Source: Basidiobolus meristosporus CBS 931.73 (taxonomy: Eukaryota > Fungi > Basidiobolomycota). From it: a stretch of 64,000 nt of DNA. The position numbers and the translations under genes were made by a program. The stretch lies in NCBI GenBank assembly GCA_002104905.1, contig MCFE01000103.1, positions 62,001 to 126,000 on the forward strand, in the 5' to 3' direction. Shown in pieces: positions 49,643 through 61,960 of the stretch (position 1 is its first letter; each line of letters begins with the position of its first letter). The notes beneath the pieces are model-generated. The model did not search any database, was not told where the DNA came from, and was given only the letters and a program-made list of their open reading frames with translations.

Positions 49643-50713
49643 TGTGGTGGTGTATAGGTCCAAGGGAGATATATGCCCAACACTTCTCAAGTGTTTTGTG
49701 TGTGGGGTGTTCACTGGGTGCAATAACCTCTGGCAAAAGCTTGCTAGGAATACTTGGGTTCTGTCTCTAATCTAATGTGAAGGGGAATAAAGCCACAAGC
49801 TTGTCAAGGGAAAACTATTGAGCTACAATCCCCAACTTAGTTGGCAGCTTAACATAAGTATGTGCTGGCTTCAGCGTCCTTTGAGATGACAATGTACTAG
49901 AGCTTCCAAAGTCAAAACAACTGTAAACTCCACCAGCAGGGACTTGATAAGAATGCAGCTGTGGTCAATAGTTACAAAGACAGAAATGTATCTTTGCCTG
50001 TACAAGAACAAGCTTGGGAAAGAATCAAATATAATAAAAGATACCTACTCTGAGTATTCCTCACAAGTAGTGCCTCCAAGGTCAGTTGGCTGTCAGTGCA
50101 GTTTCCTGGGAGCATCCTGTGGTCTGGGGTTGGAAGTTCAGGTAGCAGCAGGTAGCAGTGATCACACTAATCAACAAGTTGGTATATTGATAAAAGGGAT
50201 GATGATTTATTGTCAAGGGATAGCCTCCCTTATACACTTTTCTTACTGGCTAAGTGATTACTAATCATGGTGTTCCAGAAGGTTCTGGATATCAGTGGAA
50301 ATCTTAATGATATCAGAATGACCTAAGAATGTTCTAAGTAGGTACCAGAAGGTTCTAAGAGGCACAGCACATCCAACCAATCAGGAATCAGTATTTTGAA
50401 ACCTGTGTAACATAGGGATACCATATATGGTATGGAAATGGCAATGATGGTGACATGGGTTGATTATGTGTTACAGGTACTGGCGTGGGTACTTGCATAA
50501 TATAGAAGCGCTTATAGCTAGTAATCTTACATAAAGTGAGAGGTAACTTATGCAATAAGGTAAGCAGGTGTGATAGTCAACCAGCTTATGGGATAGTACT
50601 GATCAGGTAAGACAAATGGGATAAAACTAAAATTAGTGTAGTAGAGATATAGGGAAGTAGAAAATATGGGAATGAGCACATCTGTTGGTGGGTGTCACTG
50701 TCACCCCACTACA
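49643..50713 (-). repeat. Solo LTR of family Y inserted in G2 gag
   Basis: Minus-strand TGTAGT...ACCACCACA with 4-bp flanks CTAG/CCAG. Removing it rejoins gag as HQAIW-CDNRLF...CLYCGQPGHFAKSC. Confidence 0.85.
49776..50065. repeat. Family Z approximately 290-bp LTR-like element nested inside the Y LTR
   Basis: TGTGA...TCACA termini, absent from the Y copy at 38930-39733, homologous to 51395-51678. No clean TSD. Confidence 0.6.
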
Positions 50714-51337
50714 CCAGATTGCTTGGTGCATAGCTTCAACCAATGTATCTGGATCTGGGAGTGTGAGTAGCAGATCACATACTTCATCATTGAGGCCATC
50801 ATGGAATCGGCTAATCAAGGCTGCTTGACCCCAGGAGCTGAGGTCACTGGAGAGTTGCTGGAATTCTGAGGCATAGACTGATGCTGGTTTGTTCCCTTGT
50901 TTGAGGGTCTTGATCTTGTTGGCAGCAGTTCTGGCTTGGTCAAGGTTACCAAATGTTAGCTCCATTTCAGTGAGAAAGGCTTGGTAGTCTCTGAGTAGGG
51001 GAGAATTGGTCTCCACTAATGGGGACAACCACTTCAGAGCTGTACCAGTAAGCAGGTTGGAGATGAAGCCAACTTTGGCCTGGTCAGTGGGGTACTGGTA
51101 GGGCTGGAGTGCAAGATTGTTCTTCATCATGTTGATGAAGCCACAGAATTCATTCTGAGAGCCATTGAACTTGGTAGCAGGAGTACACTTGGGTTCTTGG
51201 TAGACTGGAACATGGCTAGTTTGCTGGACACTTTGGTTGTGGAACTGAGCAAGAGTGTTTCTGAGGTCTGCATGGTCTTGCTGCAGTTGGGTAAAGGCAG
51301 CCATGAGCTGGGCAAAGTTCAGCTCTAGGTTGGACAT
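50714..51337 (-). pseudogene. G2 gag (N-terminal part)
   Basis: ORF 50633..51367 (KFNGS...FCGF...YPTDQAKVGFISNLLTGTALKW...LKQG...Y..EF) is retrotransposon gag. Confidence 0.88.
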
Positions 51338-51394
51338 GGTAGGAGAGGAAGGCGGATGAACTTGCAAGGAATACTGGAATATACTAAACTAGAT

Positions 51395-51678
51395 TGTGGG
51401 TTTGTAAAGCCACTAGTATGTCAAGAATACAACTATAGAGCCACAATCCCCAACTTAAATAAGTTAGCATCACTTCAGAAGGTACTGGTTTTGACATCCT
51501 TTGATAGAGTATTGTACTAAAGCTTCCAATACTGTAACAACTGTAAACTCCACCAGCAGGGTAATAAAGTGAATGCAGCTTTGACCAATAGTTTTACAAA
51601 GATAAAGTATCTTTGCCTTTATAGGACAAGACTAGGGAAAGATGATGGGTGATACTTATGGTGAGTATTCCTTTTACA
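51395..51678. repeat. Family Z element in the G2 leader
   Basis: TGTGG...TTACA, 284 bp, with flanks AGAT/AGTT. Homologous to 49776-50065, with a further fragment at about 52865-52925. Confidence 0.6.
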
Positions 51679-51730
51679 AGTTTTCTTCAAACTTTGGGCA
51701 GAAGGCATGGATCCACAGGTAAGTCAGGAG

Positions 51731-51893
51731 AGTCTGATAAAACTGTTATGAATAGACACAAGGCAGGAGAGTAGGGCTAGGCAAGGCAGGACCAGGAAAG
51801 GACTTAGGTGTGGATCAACAAGGCAAGGCTGTTTATTCAAGACCTGTGTTTATCAGACTGAGGAATACTTAAGGGGGGATAGAACTATATATA
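51731..51893 (-). promoter_or_regulatory. G2 TATA box, predicted start site and self-complementary PBS
   Basis: TATATATAG at 51885-51893, AGTCTGATAAA at 51859-51849, and the complementary TTTATCAGACT at 51741-51731 just inside the LTR end. Confidence 0.75.
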
Positions 51894-52459
51894 CTTTTTG
51901 GGTATACTGATGCCAAGAGATATTAGCTAATACTAATGGGGTTGTGGGGTGAGGCACAGCAGCAGTGCTGGGGATAATAATATAGAAGGCAAGGCACTGA
52001 GACAGGATAGGGAAATGGATTGGGTCACCTGATCATGTGACTAAGTCAAGTGACCTGGTATTTCCATATATGGTACTGGACTATGAAAAATACAATGGGA
52101 ATCTTCCATGGAATGTTCCATTGTGTAACAATGCTTTGGAATGGTCAGGAACTTTCTGGAAGGTGGTAGAAGGTTCCGGAAGGAATCTCTTAGAAATTGA
52201 GCTAGGAAGCTGAAACTTGGCATGTGTGTTCATGGTTGTCATGTGATCATGACAATCAAAGTGCCATGCAATTCCTGCCAAAAGACCATTGAAATACCAT
52301 CATGTTCTTAACTTTGCTTGGCAGTAAAACCAGCAAAGTGTGTTCACAATCCTTTCATAAGATCATGCAGAGGGTCAATAATTCCAAGTTGCTGGCATTG
52401 TGATGGCCTCACTGCAGGATCCTGATGGCTGATCTGGATTGGATCCACCTGCAGGACCA

Positions 52460-52770
52460 AATCACTTGTTTCCATATGTCCTGGTCTTCAGCTGGCACTA
52501 CAAGGTCTAGCACTTCATCTGCTAGTCCTTTCAATAAATCTGTGCAATACTCTAGTGGGTTTTCTTGAGCACTGCTATTGAAGCAGTGCTGCAGCATCTT
52601 GGTGTTCATATAATTGCTCCAAAATTCCACCATAGGTATTGTGATGGTCCTCTGATTTCTGATGTTGTTGCTTTGCCTGACAGTGGAATCTCCACTCTGT
52701 CTACAATGGAGGATATAGAAGCTATAGTAGACAAATTGCCTATCTCTGCAAACTCATCATCACATGTAAG
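52460..52770 (-). pseudogene. Family X ORF1 C-terminal fragment
   Basis: ORF 52409..52633 (VEFWSN...QENPLEYC.DLL..LADEVLDLVV.AEDQD.W) matches the end of 42497..43012. Confidence 0.75.
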
Positions 52771-53372
52771 AAAAAAGTAAAGCTTTTACCACCAACCAGC
52801 TGTGGTGAGAATATAGTGTAATCCACCAGCTCTCTTAGTCACATTCCTGATATTCAAAACTGTCACCACAGCCACTGGTTTGTCATGGGAGAGTCACTGA
52901 GCCACAATCCCTAGCTTGATGGGCATCTTAATGGAAGTGTATGCATGATTATTACAATTTGGGAATCCCATGTGCTAGGACCTTGAAAGTCAGAATAGAT
53001 ATGAACCACCAGCTGGTTCTCAATGAGAGTGCAGCTTGCTTCAATTTTGGCAAAGACAAAGAGGCATCTCCTGTCTGCACTGCAAGCGATACAGCAAAAG
53101 AAATCCATCCCCTAAGTAAAATGATTCCAGATGGTGGTAGGTTTTGCATTTACGCCTACAAATTCACATTTACTTGGTGTGTGAGCTTTGCTGTATCTTG
53201 CCCATGCTCTTGTTTTGGGGGACCAATATGTTGGTGAAAATATTTCGAGTAAATCCCACTCATGAGCACGCTCAATGCTGGTATTAGTATTTATTGACAA
53301 TGGGTTCAAAATTGAAGTGGGGGAGGGGTGATTGAAGTGTACAGTGTGGGCGGGATTGTGCATGAGTAAGGT

Positions 53373-56300
53373 CTATAGATGCTCTGGTTCCATCTCCGCC
53401 TCCTCTTCCGAGTCTTCGGTGCTACTCGCATCTGTATTTTCTTGCAAGATATCTGTTGTTGGTCAGTAAAGTATCCTCAGAAAGTCGACCCGGAAAACCA
53501 CCACTTTACCATGCCATTGATTCTCCCTGAAGGCACATAAGTACCCATCTGCTTGAGTCTTGTCCAGGTGGTTCAAACTGGAGATGCTGTCATCGTCACT
53601 TTCATCACTATACCCACTAGAGAAGCATACAGTTACCAGGGCGAACAGTCAACCGGTGATACGAAACCACTTACGGGTATGGTGAATAAGACGGCGACCG
53701 GTCATTGTTACTAGCCGACATCATCCCCGGACTAGAAGTATAGTTCGACCGCATCTCTGTGGCCAAGAGCTCTTCCTCATCGATCACAATCTCTGGGCCG
53801 GTGATGATGGATACTTCTAAAAGGAAAGATTCGGTTTAGCTCAGGGAAAGGTACCAAGAGAGTACTGGGTTTGGTTACTGGATGTCTCATAAGAGGCAAA
53901 GCCCATGTTGTTGCGACGTGCATCTCTTAATCGCTTTTTTTGGACGGCGATCCGTAGAAAGCCTTTGAGTGTGTCCAGACGAACTTTATCAACAATCTGA
54001 TCCACTCGCTCCTTACGCTTGATATAGTCGGTGGGTCTAAATTGAGGCAAGGGTTGGTACAAAAGCGACAGGGTCTCAGTACGACTACCACCAACACCTA
54101 CAGGAAACTCTTCACGGGGTCTGTCAACTTGTAGATGGACAAAAGCAGGAGCATCTTTGTGAAACTAATCTTCCGACCGTTCACGCCAAGATCCATGGCC
54201 TCCTAACAGGATATAGAGCTTGTAAGTAACCATGGGAGCACACATCATATCCACGAGCCAACCTGATAAACCAAGTTATAGATCTGTTTCCTTTGACGAA
54301 TCTCGGCGGGATTCAGATTCGTCAACCGGATATTCAACGCAGTCAAGTCAGGAAGCCTCGTCTCCGGACGCCGATCAATCAACTCGATCACGTTTTTGCT
54401 AGAGCTGTTTCGTAGCACTTGCTGGTGCAGTAAGTCAGGCTTCTGCTGAATACAGCAATCGCGTAGCAGTGCCGTCACAGAGTACTCATCGGGGTATATC
54501 TTGACGTCGAATGGGGTGGACAATTTCTGACAGATACAAACTGTTAATAAACCTACACTGGGCAGGAAGCAACCCGGTCTTACCGAAAGAAGCTTCACGA
54601 TGTCCTTCTGATATATGTATCCATTCCCGTGAATATCGACCTCGCTCCAAGCTTTCTTGAAGGTAGTCAATTGTCAAGGACAGTACAATGGGAGATCGTG
54701 GTACTCATAGAACCGGTAACTGAAAAAGGATATTTTCTGATGTCATCTCTCTTCATTAACGAGTACGACGAGGCGATTTGGTAGCAATAGGAGAATCCGT
54801 CCATCACCACCACTACGAAGAGGTTGGCGAAGATGTACATGGAGATGACGTTGAAAGAAATGAATAGGAAATATGCCCAGACAGGACTGCCACAGTCAGT
54901 CTCGAGGTAGAATCGAGCGGAGCCAACACACTCGGGTGTTTGGACGACGAAGTCATGCATGAAGCTGTTCCACCCTTCACCAGTGGACATCCCGGCCAGA
55001 TTTAAGATGGAATTGGCAAAAGTCCGGAAATTGGCATGGGCACCTCCGTTCTCACCCATCTTGGTCAAGCTGAAGATTTCCATGAACGCTATGGCGTAGA
55101 TCACGAACAGCAGGAACCAAACAGCCAAGAGGTTGACAATGGTCCTCAGGCTAACACTAGATGTTTGACAACACGATTCAGCAGGAATGCCAGACGATGT
55201 GACGAATATGTCATGAGGACTTACAACATGCTGCGCAGAAGTTGGTGCAAGCTGTCCACTTTTTGAACCACCTTGAACAACACAAGGGTGACAAATATCC
55301 TTAACGCAAGGCGAGAGCCATTCGGCGTGTTGAAGATGAACTTCTCAAACAGTTGGGAAACGGTGGAGATTGCCAGGCCGAAAGTGATCACAATATCAAA
55401 CACATTCCAGGGATTCATGAGTACCTGGGTAACCGATGCTCAGACAGTATACAGCCACAAAATCAGCGAAAAGGCCTACCAATTTGACGCCCAGGCCTAG
55501 ACACTTCACTCCAATCTCAAATATGTATCCTAGAAAAACCAAACCAAAGAGGATATCTACCCCATGTTAGGTAACGTCGGCTGATACGGGCCGAACTGTC
55601 AAAGTACCTTTTGCCGTGTTCACTGCCTCAGGTTGTCCGTGATACTGGGTCACCAAAAGTAGTGCATCGAATATGGTGACGCCAACCACAAAGCGGAATA
55701 GGAACCCGTTTTTCTCGATGGCCTTCTTGTAGCACCATTGGCGTATGGTGTCCCGTGGAGGGTACAGAGGGCGAATCGATGGCTTGATCTGTTTCAACTG
55801 ATTCTTCATGTCAATCCATCTCCGTTGTTCAGCGGTGAGAAACGCAGTTCCGTTACGGGTGTTGAAATTCTCGATGATTACCGCAACGAACAGGGTTAGC
55901 ACAAACACAGCGCCTACGATGTTGTAAAGCATGAAAAATATGGCATTGTACCACGAATACCGATCCTCAGGCTGTATGTTGTATCCCTTGACTTTCATGG
56001 TGGTCAGCATGACATCCACCCAGCCTTCGTTGGAGACGATTTCAAACAGCACCAACAACGAGGATCGGAAGCTGTCGAAATTGAAGCCGTCGGGATTGGA
56101 CCAAACGCGCGGCTTCCACATTTTGATGGTGGCATCGAAGTACAGCCCTTTGCAGTCTCCACGAGTTAGGATATTTGGCGCAGTATCATTACAGCTGTAC
56201 ATAAGGCCAGCAAAGAGATTCAGGCCGTAGATAGAGAAAGGCAGGATGAAACAAAGGGAAAGCAGGACAGCGTCGATAATACGTGGAAGTCCTGAGTACA

Positions 56301-59300
56301 ACGTGCCATAGAACACCTCTCGTACGGCCGAGAAATAACTAGCAATTCTTAATGCTCTGAACCCTTTGGCCGCCCTTAATGTTCTTGGAATTCCGGTTGG
56401 TTCCTTAGGATTGATCGCCAAGGTGATGTACAGGGTAATTAAGACTGAAAAATCCACTCGATTCCAAACGCTTTTCCAATAAGCGTCCGGCGTAAACAAG
56501 AATCCATCAGCAATGACACGGATCAAGAACTCCAGGGTGAATATGATCGTTATGATGATGTCCACGATAAAGAACATATCAATATCTCGATGATGAATTG
56601 GGATGATTTCTAGCCGGCCAAATTTCCTAAGCAATCGCTCGCGCTGTGCAAACGGAGTATTCAGCGCAGCAAACACAACGCTGACTATCACGCATATCAG
56701 GATGAACCCGTTGAAAAGGTGACTCCATGTGAAATGGCTGAATGAAAAGGTCTCAATCGAAGGATCTGAATTACCCACAAGCACTTTGCAAAATCTTCGT
56801 ATCGGATTGTTCCTCTTGAATATAAAAAGGGATGTATCATACGTAGGGTGTGCCGTCATGAAGTCATTAAGAATTGCTTCGCGTTGGTTATAGTGCTCAT
56901 TTGAGGTGTTTCCCTCGTAGGTAGTCCTGTCTAGATTGGAGTCTTCTCTTTCGGTCCCGAACGTGTTGCTGGTGTTATTTCTAGTTTCTGCGTGTTTCTT
57001 TTTTCCATGGAAAAATCTTCGCAGGCGAGCAGTAAATCCCTGTGGGCTCGTTCTCCTTGCTTGATTGTTATCCACCTAGATGAGGAAAGAATTAGCGACG
57101 TCCGCTCTAGCCAACCCAATAGCTAACGTACTTTCGTATTCGATTCTTGTAGAAATTCACGCGCAGCACGCTTTTGGACTGGTAGCACGAGGTTTGAAGG
57201 AATGCTGTCTACCTCCAGCGCCTTTGGACTTGGCTTTAAGTAATAGTATGGATTCCATTTACTGAGTTGACATGGCTCGTATAAGTCACAGTTGTCATGG
57301 TAAAAGCAGATTCACGAAAATGATACCTGATGACATTTTGACTCTCTTGCTGCCTCGTTTCGATCCGCTTGACAGTCTCCTCGAGTTGCATTTTACGCTT
57401 TTGCTCCTCGTCCATTTCAAAATTCTCCACTATCACGGCGACGAACATGTTGAGCAATATAACTAAGCATGGATTAGGTTTCTGGAGAATAATACCACGC
57501 CCAGACATAAATACTCACAATTGGAAAAGCAGAAAAACAGAAGAATAAACACGGAAGAAAAGACCGCCATGTTGTATTGCCGCTGGATACCAGGCAGGCT
57601 GAACAGCGTGTCAGTCCAGTTGTCTCCCGAGAAAATCTAGTACACTCGAAGTGTCATTTGGGAGAAGTCGAGAAATCTTTGTAAATCAAATGCGTACCTG
57701 GAAGAGAGCCAGGAAACTGGCAGCAAAGTTGTCAAAATTCATATACATGTTATCGCTAGATTGTATTTGGCCACCAAATAGCTGCATCGCCTAGTAGAAA
57801 AGTTGGATGTGATTAGCGACTAGTCGATTATTGTAGAATGGAAGAACCTCTTACCACCGTGGCGCTAACCCCGATGCATATGACGATGAAAAGAAACAAA
57901 TTCATCATGCCAACAACATTACCCACTGTACGAGCCTGGACAGGAAAAGGTAAGTCATACTTGCAGGATCCATCGAGTCTCAGGGAAGACACCTACAATC
58001 AATTTTCGAATCCGTGGTACCACCATCACAATACGATAAAACCTCGCTATTTGAAACACCGTGAAGTAGCGATAGAGCATTCCTGAGAAGGCGGTGGGGA
58101 TTGGGGGTATCTGGATTATGCAGGTGATCACTGCCAGGAACAGATCCAACCTATTCCTTTTGGAGGAGCAAAATTTACTATGGCGGTCAGGTCGCCGTGT
58201 GGCGAAATACCGCAGTACGATTTCGATGGCGAACAACCCGGTGAATACACGTTCGGCTATTAAGAAATCCCCCTGAACTAAAGATCGTTTAGATTGAATT
58301 CTGGGAGTGTTGGAGAAGAGAAGCTTACTCATGGTGGGATCCACGGTTGATTTAGGTTCTTCATCGTCAGGGTCGTATGAGCGGATGCACATGATCACCA
58401 GGTCGGCAGCCACCAGGAGCACCCAAAAATAACGGGTGATTTCGAAATGCCTCTCCAGGAAATTCGGCTCCAAGACTGTTTTCTGCCCTTGTGGAACCTC
58501 CTCTTCGGTATTATCGTTTAGGACGATGGCAGTTCTATTGGTTCGGGCCGTTATTATGTGTGTTGATGTGCATATAACATATACTACTCAAGAGCATACT
58601 TGGTGGATATAAAGGCACTGTGGTTAGTGTCTTCGCGAATCTTGGCAAACATCTCAGTGATGACGGCGACAAAAAGATTGAGCAGCCAAAAATTGAAGAT
58701 CACCACGCCTATGATGTAGTACAGGGCGGAGGGCAATGAGTATTCAGCATCCATAGTCTGAAACATCAAATCAAGCCATCCTTGGGCTGTAATCCTTGGT
58801 TAGCTCTGCACCTCATCGAGGGAGGGATTTCACTTACCAGCGGTAATGCCAAATAGTATTGGCACGGATTGGAAGATGTTGTCGAAGCCGAGTGTCCCCT
58901 GAAAAGGGCTTCCTACGTTCTAGGGCATCGCAGCGATGAGTGCTTACATTGGATTTGGTCGATGTACAGAAGGCCATACTATACCATGCATTTGTAATTA
59001 CTGGGGCATGCATACCCCTTGGTGAAACTATCATAGTATCCGCAATATCTCTCCGGAATGGTGAAATAATCCTCGATGTTGTCCGGGTTTTCAGGTACGT
59101 CTATGCTGGTGTTAGAGGATTAGGGTCAACGATAAGGGTTGAAGACATACTTTCAGCAACGCAACGCCGGTCAAATGAGCCCTCGAATGAGATAACCCCT
59201 ATGATGCTAGCAATAGAATGGGTCAAGAGCTCTTATGTGCATGAGGAATTACAGGAAGATACCCAAACAGCAGGAAGAAGCAGAACAAGAACAGAGTCAC

Positions 59301-60229
59301 ATTTACCAGGACCGGGGCACTCTTCTTGAGAGACCTCAGGATAGTCTAGAACATCCCGTGGTTAGTGGAACGTTCTTTTACCCGGCTAACTATGCTTACC
59401 CAGGATCCCGATGTCAAGGAGATCAGCCGGAAGGGACGCAGAGCACTCAATGCGACGAACACGGTAAAGCGACCGTGTCCAGTAAAGAGCAATACCAGGT
59501 TGATCCAGTATGAAACAACAACAACGAAATCAATCCGCTGGAAGCTGTGACGTAAGTATGCCTTATCGGGAAAAAGCGAGTCCAGCTCCGAGTGAACATC
59601 CACCACAAGAAACTGAGACTTGGTCGTGAGGTTGGCTCTTGGATTCCTGGGCTGAAGCCCAATGGGGTTGAAGACGAATCCCGAGATGATTATTCGAGCA
59701 ATCATTTCCAAGCTATCCAGAGGTCAGCATGGGTCAGAGGCAAGATGGCGCATATCGGAGAGTACATACGTATAGAAGATAAAGATCACTAACAAAGGGT
59801 ATTCGGCCCAATTGGCTCCAAAACTGTAGTCCCGCACTCCAGCATCCCAAAATTGTATGCACAATAGAAGCCAATTGTGAAGGATGAGCAGCGTAATAAA
59901 CAGTCCCATCCATCTAGAGAATTTGGTCACTACGTGGTATATGTAAGTCGCTTCAGCAGAGATTACCTCTTGTTGAAGAGTTTTGCTAGAAATATTCGGA
60001 ACCGATTGTTGGGACTGAATATGTAGAGGGAACGACCGCCAAGCCGGTGTGCTTCAGGGTAGTATTCGCTTGACTCTTGGCTAGATTCCTCGTGGGCATT
60101 GTCGAATCGAGTGGTGGTCAGTCGGATGATACGCACTGATGCTCTTTGAATTGCGCTCCCCACCCTCGAATGGCGGAATGTTGGCCTGTTGTCTGCGCCT
60201 TGTGTGTCCATGGGACTAAGTTGATACAC
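53373..60229 (-). CDS. CCH1: Four-domain voltage-gated-type Ca2+ channel alpha subunit, Cch1-like (multi-exon)
   Basis: S4 segments (FQIARFYRIV, LRAAKGFRALR, LSALRPFRL), four pore loops (AQGW, SGDNW, SNEGW, TGEGW), S6 LNMFVAVIVENF/LTLFVAVIIENF and a C-terminal EF-hand-like FKKAWSEVD. Short GT-AG introns (e.g. 59966-59914). ATG at 60229 and stop at 53373-53375. Exact exon structure not fully resolved. Confidence 0.9.
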
Positions 60230-60659
60230 TATGTCTACGATTTGGACGGTTTAAGCAGATCGACGACTGACAAGTCGGATGCCTACAGAATGAACGCAAA
60301 ATGGCTGAGTGCTCGATAGGGCGAATTTGGTGGAGAGCTGGCATGGATTACCCAATATTTCTACACCAGTTCGTATCGCTTGTGTATGGAAGAGAGGAGC
60401 AGAGTCTCGCCAAGGATGTAGGGAATCAAAAAACAAAACCGATCAAGCGGGCTTGCAGTTTATTTAAGTAATGCTGAGTCGGGAAGGCTGGTTTAGTGAT
60501 CAATACAAACACTGTTAGCCAATCTTCGACATATTTGAGGAGAAATAGCCTTCAGGATCAGCAGTGATGATTGCATAAGGTCAAACAAAGATAATGGCTG
60601 CATATTGATCACTTTACCAGCATTCATCCACCCATCCATCCACCCATCCATATTGGCCT

Positions 60660-61830
60660 TTACCAACATTCATCCGCACATCCATAGGGTTTCAAGCGCA
60701 TCCTTTTTAGGGCTTTTTGACACTGGCTGGATATATCTATTATCTTGAGTCGGTGTAGGCCCTGTCTCGGCGTTAGTGAAATGGGTGGAATGGCTGAGGA
60801 GTTCCAGTCATCACGCTTATGTGTGAATTGTGTCGGAGAAATGCCGTGGACCATCATTGTTTGTGGGCCTTGGCTTGCGCTTACATCTGATCGTCCAGCA
60901 ATATTTCCTTCATATTGGACCTGGATTGTACTCATGCAGGATATGTTTCTGCAATGTTATCTTCAACAGCCAGGGATATCTGATGACGATGCAGGCAACA
61001 GGCTAACTAGCAAGTTTCGAGATGATGAGTTGTGGATTGTGGTTGTGGGTGTTGGTACAGTAGATGGTGTACTCGGTTGCCAACATGAAGTCTCTCCGGT
61101 TGAACGCTGCAGTAAAGAAATCCAGCCCACAGGTTCATGTAAGCATTGGCTGAGTTACCCTCGAATAAGGATATATTGTTGCATTCGCTGAGTTAGCCCC
61201 CTATCCCATTTGGGCCTGCATCCAACGCTTAGAATCACTGGTTTCGGAAAATAAGATGATTCAGGCAGGTGAGCATTTATCATCCCTTTGTTCTCAGCCT
61301 ATCAACTTTGCTTTGGAGATGTGTCAAATATAAGACTTCTTGGTGTCATATTGGCTAGGATTTGAGCACTCTATGGTGATTGGGACTCAGCTTTTGGTCA
61401 ATTGGTAACCACTCCCTTCACTAAGCATTATCCTTGAGAGTTGAGATTCTTGGAAAGATATCCTTGGACGTGGGGAGATTTGCAATTGGCTAATTGTTAC
61501 TTTTATTTTGCCAACACTTTGACCATACCTTTCCATGGCTTCTAAGCCCCCAATTCCACTTGAAGGGAAGTATTTTGACATGTTTCGGATCAAGTACGAA
61601 GCAAAAATAGCCGAATGACTTGTCGTATTACTAATGGCCTTGACAAAAGCACCTTCATCTTGCAGGAAACTTGCGAAAACAGACAACGCGCTGCAGGCAC
61701 TGGATGGATGCTAGAAAGCATGGTCGAGGTGCATTCATTGCAAATTAAGTAGGAGAATGAGCGAGCAGATGTTGCTGCGAAATGAAACATAAATTGACTG
61801 GGTGCATCACTGGTATTTAGCAAAGTAATG
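60660..61830 (-). other. Possible unresolved spliced gene or pseudogene
   Basis: CpG-normal, coding-like composition. Minus-strand ORFs 61590..61823, 61387..61686 and 60660..60935, and a CTAAC..CAG acceptor-like site near 61190. No recognisable domain. Confidence 0.3.
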
Positions 61831-61960
61831 TCTTTATTGGAACTGTATCTGTATCATGATTGGTATCTAAGTGGAATGCTAGCCTGCTTGAAATATGTAG
61901 AGCCATGTTAGATGTCGAATAATTGCTATATGTGTTGTCACGTCTGGAGCGGGTGGATCT

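Larger units (their letters stand above)
45304..52254 (-). mobile_element. Complete chromoviral Ty3/gypsy element (family G2), with frameshifts and nested insertions
   Basis: 3' LTR 45304-45831 and 5' LTR 51744-52254 (TGTCATGATC...CATAACA, roughly 95% identical by eye plus an indel). TSD ATCAA at 45299-45303 and 52255-52259. PPT GGAAGAGGAGAATAG. Contains gag, protease, RT, RNase H, integrase and chromodomain. Confidence 0.96.

Noticed and set aside
49776-50065. Capture of the G2 leader by the Y LTR (chimeric LTR)
   Set aside because: Both homologous segments have their own TG...CA termini and a third fragment exists at about 52865, so an independent small family (Z) is more parsimonious.
52941-53363. 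Short ORFs 52941..53237 (+) and 53112..53363 (-) at the TE/gene boundary
   Set aside because: No recognisable motifs. They likely overlap the Cch1 3' UTR and decayed repeat DNA.
60626-60650. CATCCACC/CATC microsatellite upstream of Cch1
   Set aside because: A short simple repeat with no evidence of function.
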